Positions 42,302-51,752 of a DNA stretch of 64,000 nucleotides are shown here, in pieces. The stretch is from NCBI GenBank assembly GCA_045561055.1, contig JBJKYL010000003.1, forward strand, positions 9,797 through 73,796, written 5' to 3'. The stretch comes from Candidatus Rariloculaceae bacterium (GTDB lineage Bacteria > Pseudomonadota > Gammaproteobacteria > Steroidobacterales > Rariloculaceae). The notes beneath the pieces are model-generated. The model saw only the letters and a program-made list of their open reading frames with translations. It was not told the DNA's origin and did no database searches. Position numbers and translations under genes: made by a program. Every line of letters begins with the position of its first letter. The stretch's first letter is position 1.

Positions 42302-42859
42302 ATGGACCGGGACTTAAAGGAAAGAGTAGTTGGTGCGGCGGTGCTCGTAGGCCTTGGTGTGTGGCTGATCCCTTGGTTTCTGGATGGGCCCGAGCAATCA
42401 GTGGGTACGGAACCAGACGTTCTCGAGTTGCCGAGACAGACAGATGCCTCTGCGTTGCGACATCAAATAATTACTCTGAATAGTGACCGTGATTTACCGG
42501 TTTCGGTAGCACAAACAAATCCTGAGACAGCGCTCGCGGGTGGTGCCGATGTGCAAAGCTCACTTCGCGAGCCGGTAATACCGCCTGTGAGCGCCGCTTC
42601 TAATCTGGAACCAGGCGCTTCCTTAAATGCCACAGACGAAGTTGGTTGGTTCGTTCAGGTAGGTAGTTACGCGGACGAGGAAAATGCGCGTAGACAGGCC
42701 GACCGAGTTTCGAGTTATGGATTTGAGGCAAGCGTCTCGAGTTTCGGTTCTATGCAGCGCGTCCGAGTAGGTCCGCAATCGTCACGGGAGGCTGCGGAGT
42801 TGGTCGTTTCGTCATTGTTGGTGCATGGTTTTGTGGCACAGGTAGTTCTAGAGGAATAA
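42302..42859 (+). CDS. SPOR domain protein (DedD-like)
   Basis: N-terminal TM anchor and a C-terminal SPOR domain (WFVQVGSYADEENARRQADRV...RVRVGPQSSREAAE). folC-dedD-cvpA-purF context. Confidence 0.8.
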   Translation: MDRDLKERVVGAAVLVGLGVWLIPWFLDGPEQSVGTEPDVLELPRQTDASALRHQIITLNSDRDLPVSVAQTNPETALAGGADVQSSLREPVIPPVSAASNLEPGASLNATDEVGWFVQVGSYADEENARRQADRVSSYGFEASVSSFGSMQRVRVGPQSSREAAELVVSSLLVHGFVAQVVLEE

Positions 42860-42866
42860 CATTTAG

Positions 42867-43376
42867 TTGGATTCAACCATTGTGTCCTGGGTAGATTTGT
42901 TGATGATCGCTGTTTGCATAGTTCCCGCGGGGCTTGGGTTCTTGCGTGGCTTTGCACACGAGGCTCTTTCGACTGTTACCTGGCTCGCGGCGATCTGGTT
43001 TGCTTGGCGCTTCGCTTGGTTGGTTGAGTCCTTTCTCGGCGATTGGACATTCGCGCCCGAACTTAAAATTTGGGTGGCACGAGCGTTAGTTTTTCTGTTT
43101 TTTTTGATCGTCGGAGGTTTGATTGCCCGGTCGGTTCGTGGACTTGTTCGGCGCTCGGCGCTCGGCGGTACGGATAGAATCCTAGGCTCGGTATTTGGGT
43201 TTGCGTGGGGATTACTCATCATCGGTTTGGTCGTCGTTATGCTGCAGTGGTTTGGTCTCGATCAAAATCCGTGGTGGCAGGAAGCAATGCTAAGCCCGTT
43301 AGGCGAGCGCATCGCTGATGGAGTTCGTTACTACCTCGCATTGGGCGGCAGTTATCTAGTAAGTAAGGACGTTTGA
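42867..43376 (+). CDS. cvpA: colicin V production membrane protein CvpA
   Basis: 169 aa, about four TM helices, GFLRGF motif, located upstream of purF. Non-ATG start. Confidence 0.85.
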   Translation: MDSTIVSWVDLLMIAVCIVPAGLGFLRGFAHEALSTVTWLAAIWFAWRFAWLVESFLGDWTFAPELKIWVARALVFLFFLIVGGLIARSVRGLVRRSALGGTDRILGSVFGFAWGLLIIGLVVVMLQWFGLDQNPWWQEAMLSPLGERIADGVRYYLALGGSYLVSKDV

Positions 43377-43448
43377 AGAACAGTCTAACAACATCAGTAC
43401 GCTCTCGAAGGCTGAGTGCAAACATGTAATCGTTTAGAGGTTTATTTA

Positions 43449-44987
43449 ATGTGTGGAATTGTTGGGATTGTTGGTCAGAGCGCTGTTAACCAGGCTCTTT
43501 ACGACGCGTTAACGAACTTGCAGCATCGCGGTCAGGATGCCGCCGGTATCATGACGGCCGAAGATAGTCGTCTCTATTTGCGCAAAAACAATGGCCTGGT
43601 CCGCGACGTATTCCATCGGCGGCATATGAGCAAGTTACTCGGGAATATGGGGATCGGCCACGTTCGGTATCCAACAGCTGGGAGCGATAGCCTGACCGAA
43701 GCGCAACCGTTCTATGTGAACTCCCCATACGGTATTTGCCTTGCGCATAACGGTAATCTTGTTAATGCCGGTGAATTAAAAAAGCTCGTAACCGGCAGCG
43801 ACCGCCGGCATCTCAATACGGCTTCCGATACCGAAGCCCTGCTCAACGTTTTCGCCCACGAATTGGGTCAAGTGTCGGAGAATGGCTTAACTCCTGATGC
43901 CATTCTCGCGGCAGTAGAGAATGTTCATCAAAGGTGCTCTGGCGGTTACGCTGTGGTAGCGATGATTATCGGCTACGGAATTGTCGCATTTCGAGATCCG
44001 TATGGAATCCGGCCCTTGGTGCTCGGGTTACGCAACTCTGAGCGCGGTGTCGAGCGTATCGTGGCGTCGGAAAGTGTGGCTTTGGATGCATTGGGCTTCG
44101 AGGTTGAGCGTGATATCCGGCCAGGAGAGGCGGTTTTTGTCGATACTACCGGTGAGGTTTATAGCCACGAATACTCTAAGTCCGTCCAGTACTCACCATG
44201 CATATTCGAGTTTGTTTATTTTGCGCGTCCCGATTCGATTATCGATAGCCTGTCCGTCTACAAAGCCCGGCTTCGAATGGGTGAGCAGCTTGCAGCTAAA
44301 ATAATCTCTCTGAGGCCAGATCACGGTATCGATGTGGTGATTCCTGTGCCGGATACGTCTCGTACCGCTGCGGTGCAGGTGGCGCACGAACTAGGTGTTA
44401 AGTATCGCGAAGGGTTTATCAAAAATCGCTATATAGGACGAACCTTCATTATGCCGGGACAAGCGGAACGTAAGGCATCGGTGCGCCGCAAGCTTAATGC
44501 TATCAAGTTAGAATTTCGCAGTAAGAACGTTCTCCTCGTGGATGACTCGATTGTTCGCGGTACTACCTCTAAGCAGATCATTCAGATGGCCCGTGATTCC
44601 GGTGCCAATAAGGTTTTCTTTGCCTCGGCTGCGCCGCCGGTTAGACATCCGAACGTTTATGGAATAGATATGCCTGCCTCCAGTGAGCTTGTTGCCAACG
44701 GTCGTTCTGTAGATGACGTACAGGAGATCATCGGCGCGGACTGGCTAGTCTATCAGGACCTAAATTCACTAGTGCAAGCAGTTCACCACGAGAATTCTGA
44801 GATCGAATCCTTCGATACATCCTGCTTCTCTGGTGAGTATGTTACGGGTGACGTAAGCCGCAATTATTTAGATGCGCTGGAACTTGAAAGATCCGATTCG
44901 GTCAAAGTAAAACGTGGTGGCAGTATCCGGGACGAGGAAGATGAGGATAATGACGATACTCAGATACAGGTTGCTAGCGTTGTCTAG
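43449..44987 (+). CDS. purF: amidophosphoribosyltransferase
   Basis: MCGIVGIVG Ntn nucleophile start and the PRPP motif [13 protein letters not shown]. The track start at 43416 adds 11 unsupported residues. Confidence 0.96.
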   Translation: MCGIVGIVGQSAVNQALYDALTNLQHRGQDAAGIMTAEDSRLYLRKNNGLVRDVFHRRHMSKLLGNMGIGHVRYPTAGSDSLTEAQPFYVNSPYGICLAHNGNLVNAGELKKLVTGSDRRHLNTASDTEALLNVFAHELGQVSENGLTPDAILAAVENVHQRCSGGYAVVAMIIGYGIVAFRDPYGIRPLVLGLRNSERGVERIVASESVALDALGFEVERDIRPGEAVFVDTTGEVYSHEYSKSVQYSPCIFEFVYFARPDSIIDSLSVYKARLRMGEQLAAKIISLRPDHGIDVVIPVPDTSRTAAVQVAHELGVKYREGFIKNRYIGRTFIMPGQAERKASVRRKLNAIKLEFRSKNVLLVDDSIVRGTTSKQIIQMARDSGANKVFFASAAPPVRHPNVYGIDMPASSELVANGRSVDDVQEIIGADWLVYQDLNSLVQAVHHENSEIESFDTSCFSGEYVTGDVSRNYLDALELERSDSVKVKRGGSIRDEEDEDNDDTQIQVASVV

Positions 44988-45146
44988 CTAAGTGCGCAAG
45001 CGCTCATCGCCAGTATCGATTTGGATTGTTGATTGACGTCTTAATCATCTATACACAATAGGACTGCCCCATCATTTTATGATTGGACCTGGTTCATCAA
45101 GCAGCGTTGGGGGTGAGCGAAAGCATTTCAGCTATCCGCTGATTGG

Positions 45147-45869
45147 TTATAGATCGAGCTCCGTCAGCTCGAAGCCACTTTCATTCCAGCGAACTACGCT
45201 CGCTTGGTCGTACCATGACCCGAGTACTATGCGGGTCGCATCATTACCATCAAGTTCGAAGTGGTGGATGGCCGGCTGGTGGGTATGGCCATGCAACAGC
45301 GTTGTTACGCTATGTTTACGCATGGCCGTTTCAACTGCCCTTTGGTTGACGTCCATAATTTCCTCAGCCTTCTCGGAAATTGCGGTCTGGCTTTGTGCCC
45401 GGAGGTCATCAGCAATGCGTTGGCGTTCAGCGGATGATTTCGCTAGAAACTCACTCTGCCAGGTTGGGTCGCGCACGACGCGTCGAAACTGCATATACGG
45501 TTTATCATCGGTGCATAGTAAATCACCGTGCATGAGCAACACTCGATTGCCCTCGAGTTCCAGGATTTCTGTTTCTGAGAGTAGCTCGCAGCCAGTGGCC
45601 GCCGCGAAACGGTGACCGATCAAAAAATCGCGATTTCCATGCATGAAGTAGCATGGAATGTTGTGCAGTCTTAGGGCTGCTAGCGCCTTAATAATTGGGG
45701 CGTTACTTGGATTTGTGTCGTCGTCTCCGATCCAGACTTCAAATAAATCACCGAGAATATAAAGCGCGCTTGCCTCTCGTGCTTCAGTTTCTATAAAACG
45801 TAGGAAACGGTCAATACCGTCAGGCCGCTCGGCATCCAGGTGCAGATCGGATATAAACAGCGTAGTCAT
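45147..45869 (-). CDS. lpxH: UDP-2,3-diacylglucosamine diphosphatase
   Basis: Motifs FISDLHL, ILGDLFE, GNRDF and GHTH. Confidence 0.93.
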   Translation of the reverse strand: MTTLFISDLHLDAERPDGIDRFLRFIETEAREASALYILGDLFEVWIGDDDTNPSNAPIIKALAALRLHNIPCYFMHGNRDFLIGHRFAAATGCELLSETEILELEGNRVLLMHGDLLCTDDKPYMQFRRVVRDPTWQSEFLAKSSAERQRIADDLRAQSQTAISEKAEEIMDVNQRAVETAMRKHSVTTLLHGHTHQPAIHHFELDGNDATRIVLGSWYDQASVVRWNESGFELTELDL

Positions 45870-45876
45870 GGGAAAA

Positions 45877-46455
45877 TTATTGAGTCAGGATTTCGACCTG
45901 CTCGATCACAATCGCAGTCGTTGGAACGTCGCGAGCGAGATGGCCTTGAGGTCCAGTCGGACGGTGGCCGATCTCATCCACGACTTCCATACCTTCGACG
46001 ACAGTACCGAAGACCGCGTAACCCCATCGGGTTGGGCGGGGGTTCAGATCTAGATTGTCGTCTAGATTGATATAGAACTGGGCGTTTCCTGAGTGGGGGT
46101 CGTTCGTGCGAGCCAGGCCGATAGTGCCACGTAAATTACTCAATCCATTTCCAGACTCGTTGACGACTGAACGCTCCCTTAATTTCACTTGGAGGTCTTC
46201 GGTGTAGCCACCTGCCTGCGCAAGAAAACCTGGAATTACGCGATGGAAGATCGTGCCTTCGTAATGACCCTCTTCGGCATACTGAAGAAAACTTTCAACC
46301 GTAAATGGTGCTCGATTTGGATTGAGTTCAATTACGAAGCTTCCAAGCGTGGTAGTGATATGGACACGCGGGCTGTCACTGGTCGATGGAATTTCCTGTG
46401 CTCCTATACTGGAAGCTACGAAGAACATATAGACAAAAACTTTGGACAATTTCAT
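45877..46455 (-). CDS. ppiA: periplasmic cyclophilin-type peptidyl-prolyl isomerase
   Basis: Signal peptide, plus FHRVIPGFLAQAGG and GNAQFYINL motifs. Confidence 0.9.
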   Translation of the reverse strand: MKLSKVFVYMFFVASSIGAQEIPSTSDSPRVHITTTLGSFVIELNPNRAPFTVESFLQYAEEGHYEGTIFHRVIPGFLAQAGGYTEDLQVKLRERSVVNESGNGLSNLRGTIGLARTNDPHSGNAQFYINLDDNLDLNPRPTRWGYAVFGTVVEGMEVVDEIGHRPTGPQGHLARDVPTTAIVIEQVEILTQ

Positions 46456-46526
46456 TGGCCTGTTCTCAACTGAGCGTGGCGATTCCTTGAATGATAACGA
46501 ATCAAACTACAGCCGGCACCGTTTCT

Positions 46527-47381
46527 TTAGTTTTTGCGAAGTTGCTGGGCGGCTAGTGTATTGCTCAGCAGCATGGCGACGGTCATTGGGCCAACGCCTC
46601 CAGGTACGGGCGTAATCAGCCGGGCGTGTTTTTTCGCGCCGTTGAAGTCGACATCTCCAGCTAATCGGCCGCTATCTAGCCGTGTGATACCAACGTCGAC
46701 AACGACGGCGCCTTCTTTAACCCAATCTCCGGGAATCAGTCCAGGCTTGCCGACAGCGACGCACAGTAGGTCAGCCCGTCTGACGTGGGCTTCCAGATCT
46801 GCGCTGAAACGGTGGCAGATGGTCGTGGTTGCGCCGGCTAGCAGCATTTCCAGTGCCAATGGGCGTCCAACATGATTAGACGCGCCCACGATGACGGTGT
46901 GTAGGCCGATGACGTCTACGCCGGACCGCTCGAGTAAAACCATAATGCCATGAGGCGTACATGGCCTCAGCACTGGAATTCGTTGAGTTAATCGTCCGAT
47001 GGTATAGGGATGGAATCCGTCAACGTCTTTAAGCGGCAAGATTCGCTCGATGACCTGAGTTTCGTCGATATGACTAGGTAGTGGGAGTTGGACGAGGATG
47101 CCATCGATTTCGTCTCTGGCATTGAGTTCATCAATGAGGTCCAGGACTACAAATTGTTCTGTATCTGACGGGAGATCGAGGTCGAAGGAACGAACACCCG
47201 CTATGTTACAGGCGCGACGCTTGTTACGTACGTAGATACGAGATCCTTCGTCGTCTCCAATGAGAATGACGGCCAGCCCAGGCGGACGTATCCCGTCGCT
47301 TATTCGCGCCTTTATGGTTGTCGCGACTTCAGCTTCAACCTGTTGGGCGATTGCTTTGCCGTCAATAATTGTTGCGGCCAT
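46527..47381 (-). CDS. folD: bifunctional methylenetetrahydrofolate dehydrogenase / methenyl-THF cyclohydrolase
   Basis: 284 aa. Motifs [18 protein letters not shown] and [11 protein letters not shown]. Confidence 0.96.
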   Translation of the reverse strand: MAATIIDGKAIAQQVEAEVATTIKARISDGIRPPGLAVILIGDDEGSRIYVRNKRRACNIAGVRSFDLDLPSDTEQFVVLDLIDELNARDEIDGILVQLPLPSHIDETQVIERILPLKDVDGFHPYTIGRLTQRIPVLRPCTPHGIMVLLERSGVDVIGLHTVIVGASNHVGRPLALEMLLAGATTTICHRFSADLEAHVRRADLLCVAVGKPGLIPGDWVKEGAVVVDVGITRLDSGRLAGDVDFNGAKKHARLITPVPGGVGPMTVAMLLSNTLAAQQLRKN

Positions 47382-47526
47382 ACAGCGCTCCTCGAGGGGG
47401 ATGCGGATTCTCGCATGGCGGTTCGGATGTCCTCAAGGCCCTTTATTAAAATCTTTTATGTTTGACGCCTTTCACTGTGCACGATTACCATCGTCGTTTG
47501 GCACGAAGTTAGCGCTCGGGATTCGG

Positions 47527-47603
47527 CGGGGCATGGCGCAGTCTGGTAGCGCATCTGCTTTGGGAGCAGAGGGTCGGCGGTTCGAATCCGTCTGCCCCGA
47601 CCA
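47527..47603 (+). tRNA. tRNA-Pro (anticodon TGG)
   Basis: CGGGGCA...TGCCCCG-A-CCA. Anticodon loop TTTGGGA and T-loop GGTTCGAATCC. Confidence 0.9.
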
Positions 47604-47650
47604 TCACAGCCTAGGTAATCTCGGTTGCAGTTGGTAGGATTCTTAACTAA

Positions 47651-47727
47651 GCGCCTGTAGCTCAACCGGATAGAGCACCGGCCTTCTAAGCCGGGGGTTG
47701 CAGGTTCGAGTCCTGCCGGGCGCGCCA
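47651..47727 (+). tRNA. tRNA-Arg (anticodon TCT)
   Basis: GCGCCTG...CGGGCGC-G-CCA. Anticodon stem-loop CCGGC-CTTCTAA-GCCGG. Confidence 0.9.
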
Positions 47728-47757
47728 GTAAAGAATTGAGTATTTTGGAAAATTTGT

Positions 47758-47834
47758 GGTGGGCGTAGCTCAGCTGGTAGAGCCCCGGGTTGTGATCCCG
47801 GTCGTCGTGGGTTCGAGTCCCATCGTCCACCCCA
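47758..47834 (+). tRNA. tRNA-His (anticodon GTG)
   Basis: An extra 5' G(-1) pairs with the discriminator C. Anticodon stem-loop CCGGG-TTGTGAT-CCCGG, with CCA encoded. Confidence 0.9.
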
Positions 47835-47860
47835 TTTCTTTTTACTCATCGTGGTCTAAT

Positions 47861-47937
47861 GGGCCGTTAGCTCAATCAGGCAGAGCAGCAGACTCTTAAT
47901 CTGTTGGTTGTAGGTTCGATTCCTACACGGCCCACCA
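47861..47937 (+). tRNA. tRNA-Lys (anticodon CTT)
   Basis: GGGCCGT...ACGGCCC-A-CCA. Anticodon loop CTCTTAA. Confidence 0.88.
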
Positions 47938-48054
47938 TAACTAGGGGAAATATCCCACATTCATTACCAAATTGGTTTAACGGGCACTGTGTGGCTGTTT
48001 GCCCTAGTTGACGCGCCTCGAAGAACGCTATAGATTCGGCTAGACGGAGTCAGA

Positions 48055-50622
48055 GTGTACTCTCACAGGTATGCATGGTTTAGGAGGAGCAACAGTTCAT
48101 GTTATTTAAAAGCCTATGGAAGCTTTCGAAGCTTTGGAAGCTATGGTTCTATTTGGGTTGTCACCGTCCTTTCTGGGTTGCAGTTATATTCCGGTGCGGC
48201 TTTTGGCCAGGCCCTGGAAGAAATAATTGTCACGGCCGAACGCCGTGAGCTCAATCTGCAGCAGACACCTATTTCTATGTCTGCTTTCAATCAGCTCGAG
48301 CTCGATCGACTGGGGCTTGAGACCACGGAGGATATAGCGAATTTCATACCCAACGTGAGCGTGGGTACGGCGTTCGGTTCCGGAGATCAGAACGCCACAT
48401 TCTCTATCCGCGGCGCGGGTCAGTTTCGTAATACCACGTTTTTCGACCGTGGTGTCGGACTCTATATCGATGATATGTATTACCCGCGAAATTCTGGTGC
48501 AATCCTGAGAATACTGGACGTTGAGCGCGTTGAGGTGCTCAGAGGTCCACAGGGCACGCTTTTCGGCCGCAACAGCACCGGCGGAGCAATCCGCTATATT
48601 TCGCAGCAACCAGAAGATGAATTCAATGCAACCGTGAATTTGACCGGTGGCACCTTCGCGCGGAAAGACTTGAAAGGTCATGTGAATATTCCGCTCGGTG
48701 ACAGAGCCGCTGCCAGGATTACGGGTGCCTCCATGGTCCGGGACGGTTACCTAAAGGGAGAAAACGGTCAAACTAAGGGAAACCTTGATGTGACCGCAAT
48801 CCGCGCTCAATTGCGGTTTCAGCCCACCGACAGCTTGGATATCAATCTCTCCTACGCTACAGATTCCTCTAAGGACAATGGCCGGACCGGCACCCCCAAG
48901 GGTGTAGACGACTTCGATCCCAGCATAAAGGCTGATGGAATGGCCGGAATGAGCGGAAGGGAGATCGCTGGCCACGTTCCTCGATTGATATACGAGGAGC
49001 CAACGTTTGGCTGTTACTGGGCGGGGGGCTCCTTGAACGGACCCTGCGTGACGTCGACATTTAATGAGAATGATCCGTCGACCTATTACTCAGACGCGTA
49101 CTTGGTCCAAGACGGTTTCTATGACTACCTCGGTGGTACCCACGATTCGCGGTCGTCCTCAAACGATTTCACGACCCTCAATGCGAACTGGGATATGACG
49201 GACAACATTACGGCCACATTGGTTGCCGGCTCCATTTCAGGTGAACGGGATGACATTTACGACGGGGATATGAGTCCTTTACCCATCCTCGCGAATAAGA
49301 CTATTGATACCTGGGATTCGTCAAGCGTCGAGTTGCGTTTCGCGGGTGAGCACGACCGGCTAAATTGGACCGCCGGCCTCTACACCTTCACGGAAACAGC
49401 TAACTCATGGAACAAAACAGACGGCTATGACTGTAGCCCCATGGGAATGGATATTGATCTCGATAGCTGCGTAGTCGACATAGGGGAAGGTACCGAGTTT
49501 ATTGATAGCGACGCAAGTGGGATATTCGCCCAGGTTAGCTACGATATAACAGATAGGCTCGGTATCACGGTCGGTCTCCGTTCAACCGAGGACACCAAGG
49601 GTGCGGGTGGTTGGTTGCTAAATGAACCGGATGTGGTGGCGTATTTTGGTAAGAGCGACATAATTACAGAGGTTAGAGCTGCCACAAACGATGCTAGGAT
49701 TTTCAGGGGCAATTCATGGACGTCGGATGACCACCGGGTAGTGCTCGATTATGAGTGGAACGACGATCTATTTACTTACCTTTCCTATAGCACGGCCTAC
49801 AAAGCGGGCGGATTCGCAGACTTCCTAGGTGATGACACGGGTTCGAATAATGTAACCGTGGGCCGGGATGGCGTCGCGGGTACCGGCGATGAAGGCCAGC
49901 CTCGATTCGGTCTGATTCCTTACGATCCCGAGTGGGTAAAAGGGTTTGAGATTGGGATGCGATCGGAGTGGTTAGACCAACGACTGCGATTAAACGTGTC
50001 GCTATTCGACATGGCCTTTACGGATCGACATATCCGTTCTCAGGATCGGTTCTTCCAGAATCCGCCGTTTACGGCTAACGCGAGTAATCTCGATGTCGAC
50101 GGTATCGAAATAGATGCGATATATGCTGCTACCGATAGCGTCAGAGTCACTGCCGCGCTTGGTACGTTGAATTCGGCGTACTCTGGTATAGACCCATCCG
50201 CAACCGGGGGCGTTTTTAATTCGACGCCGAGAGAGCGGATGCCGGCGCTCAGCGGGACACTCGGTTTTCGCCACACGGCGAACCTCGCGAATGGTGGGGA
50301 GTTCGTGACCTCTGCTAACGCCGCCTACACAGATGATTTTTATAATGGCAGTTCATCGAATCATCAGGTTCACATAGACTCCTATACGGTAATGACAATG
50401 CGCGGCGAATATTGGACTCCAAGTGGTGATTGGAGTATCACCGTTTCGTGTTCCAACTGCGCAAATGACGAAATCGTGCGAGGAGCCACAGATATGTCAG
50501 GGACACGTATTTTGCCTGATGGCTCGATCGGTGGTGGAGGCGCAGGCGTCGGTTTCAACCGCTGGGAAATTGCTGCGCCACGGCAGTTCGCAATCAACTT
50601 CGGATATTATTTTAATAATTAA
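48055..50622 (+). CDS. TonB-dependent receptor
   Basis: 855 aa. Plug domain (EEIIVTAERRELNLQQTPISMSAF, VEVLRGPQGTLFGRNSTGGAI), a long beta-barrel, and a C-terminal aromatic terminus (FGYYFNN). GTG start with a GGAG Shine-Dalgarno. The pre-cleavage N-terminus is unusually long. Confidence 0.9.
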   Translation: MYSHRYAWFRRSNSSCYLKAYGSFRSFGSYGSIWVVTVLSGLQLYSGAAFGQALEEIIVTAERRELNLQQTPISMSAFNQLELDRLGLETTEDIANFIPNVSVGTAFGSGDQNATFSIRGAGQFRNTTFFDRGVGLYIDDMYYPRNSGAILRILDVERVEVLRGPQGTLFGRNSTGGAIRYISQQPEDEFNATVNLTGGTFARKDLKGHVNIPLGDRAAARITGASMVRDGYLKGENGQTKGNLDVTAIRAQLRFQPTDSLDINLSYATDSSKDNGRTGTPKGVDDFDPSIKADGMAGMSGREIAGHVPRLIYEEPTFGCYWAGGSLNGPCVTSTFNENDPSTYYSDAYLVQDGFYDYLGGTHDSRSSSNDFTTLNANWDMTDNITATLVAGSISGERDDIYDGDMSPLPILANKTIDTWDSSSVELRFAGEHDRLNWTAGLYTFTETANSWNKTDGYDCSPMGMDIDLDSCVVDIGEGTEFIDSDASGIFAQVSYDITDRLGITVGLRSTEDTKGAGGWLLNEPDVVAYFGKSDIITEVRAATNDARIFRGNSWTSDDHRVVLDYEWNDDLFTYLSYSTAYKAGGFADFLGDDTGSNNVTVGRDGVAGTGDEGQPRFGLIPYDPEWVKGFEIGMRSEWLDQRLRLNVSLFDMAFTDRHIRSQDRFFQNPPFTANASNLDVDGIEIDAIYAATDSVRVTAALGTLNSAYSGIDPSATGGVFNSTPRERMPALSGTLGFRHTANLANGGEFVTSANAAYTDDFYNGSSSNHQVHIDSYTVMTMRGEYWTPSGDWSITVSCSNCANDEIVRGATDMSGTRILPDGSIGGGGAGVGFNRWEIAAPRQFAINFGYYFNN

Positions 50623-50630
50623 TTCTGGAG

Positions 50631-50666
50631 CGGTCCTGCGTCGGCTCGAGTGCTGACGCAGGACCG
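50631..50666 (+). terminator. perfect 12-bp stem hairpin 9 nt after the TBDR stop (no U-tract)
   Basis: CGGTCCTGCGTC, a 12-nt loop, then GACGCAGGACCG. No T-run follows, so it may be a stabiliser or REP-like element rather than a canonical intrinsic terminator. Confidence 0.4.
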
Positions 50667-50855
50667 GCCCCTGCTACCCTATCACTAGCATCGTTCCCGC
50701 CTGTCTCACGATCGTTCCCGAATAACCGCTTTAACGGTTTCCGAAACGCGCAAGCTCAATTCATTGACTTGCTTGTAGATCCCCATTTTTATACTAAACT
50801 AGTATTACATTAGAATTTCAGGTCTTATTTCGGGCTTGTATGGGGGATTGCTTGA

Positions 50856-51647
50856 ATGGTTAAAAAAATTCGAACAATTGCGGCTTCAGCGTTACTGTCA
50901 ACTGTCGCAGCTATCACCGCGTTCGCCCAGCACGGCCTAGAAGGTGCGACTCCGATGACGTTTTTTGTGACAAGTAAGCCAATCGGTGACGGTGGTAATC
51001 TCGGTGGATTGACCGGTGCTGATGTGCATTGCCAGGCGCTTGCTGAAAATGTGGGTGCTGGTGGCCGGACATGGCAGGCTTATCTGAGCACACAGGCACG
51101 GCCTGGCGTGCTAGCGGTCAATGCGCGCGATCGTATTGGCACGGGGCCGTGGCATAATTTTGAGGGTGTGATGATCGCCCGTGATGTTGCTCATCTCCAC
51201 GGCGATACGATCGACCTTGCGCGGCTAGGTAATAATCTGACGAAGCGGACAGGGCTTACCGAGAAAGGCCAGATAGTTCCTGGAATGAACGATTACAAAC
51301 ACCCACGGGACGACGATTGGGAGTATGTGCGAACGACGCCCTATACGAACCGTCACGAGGTTCTGACGGGTTCGCAGCTTGACGGTACGGCTTACCCACC
51401 GGAGCTTGACTACACTTGCGACAACTGGACAAGTAGCGTTGACCCAGTGGAAGGTGCTCCCCGTGTTCACGGCGTCATGGGCAGAGGGCTTTATCCAGGT
51501 CGCCCGAATGCACAGATTGGTTTCCCAGATCGAAATGGGGGTGGCGATGGTTCTTGGAATTCATCCCATGGCACACGCGGTTGTAGCCAGACAGCGTTGG
51601 CCATCACTCATGGTGTCGGCAAACTGTATTGTTTCGCAATCGACTGA
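50856..51647 (+). CDS. secreted endostatin-like / C-type-lectin-fold protein (DUF1554-like)
   Basis: Signal peptide ...AAITAFA-Q. FFVTS...GNLGGLTGADVHCQALA...WQAYLS, YTCDNW and LYCFAI parallel endostatin's [13 protein letters not shown]...FRAFLS, SYCETW and VLCIEN, with four Cys in the same order. Confidence 0.55.
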   Translation: MVKKIRTIAASALLSTVAAITAFAQHGLEGATPMTFFVTSKPIGDGGNLGGLTGADVHCQALAENVGAGGRTWQAYLSTQARPGVLAVNARDRIGTGPWHNFEGVMIARDVAHLHGDTIDLARLGNNLTKRTGLTEKGQIVPGMNDYKHPRDDDWEYVRTTPYTNRHEVLTGSQLDGTAYPPELDYTCDNWTSSVDPVEGAPRVHGVMGRGLYPGRPNAQIGFPDRNGGGDGSWNSSHGTRGCSQTALAITHGVGKLYCFAID

Positions 51648-51752
51648 ACAAGCATTAATCATTTGTTATAGTGAGAATATAGCAGCGCTAATGCTCCAAC
51701 TCTGTAGCAGATAAACGCTTTGATTGAACCTCGTAAGAAGGGAGCCTTACAC

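Noticed and set aside
45079-45615. Long antisense ORFs. Examples: 45079-45615 opposite lpxH, 18048-18632 opposite ribD, 26219-26830 opposite parE, 51810-52454 opposite the NHL gene, and 36983-37483 opposite asd-like
   Set aside because: Each lies entirely inside a confidently identified gene on the other strand. They have low-complexity or Arg/Ser-rich composition and no recognisable motifs. They are shadow ORFs.
47456-47849. ORFs overlapping the tRNA clusters (47456-47830 -, 47643-47849 -, 60147-60389 +)
   Set aside because: They are read-through of tRNA genes, whose cloverleaves fold cleanly. They are not protein-coding.
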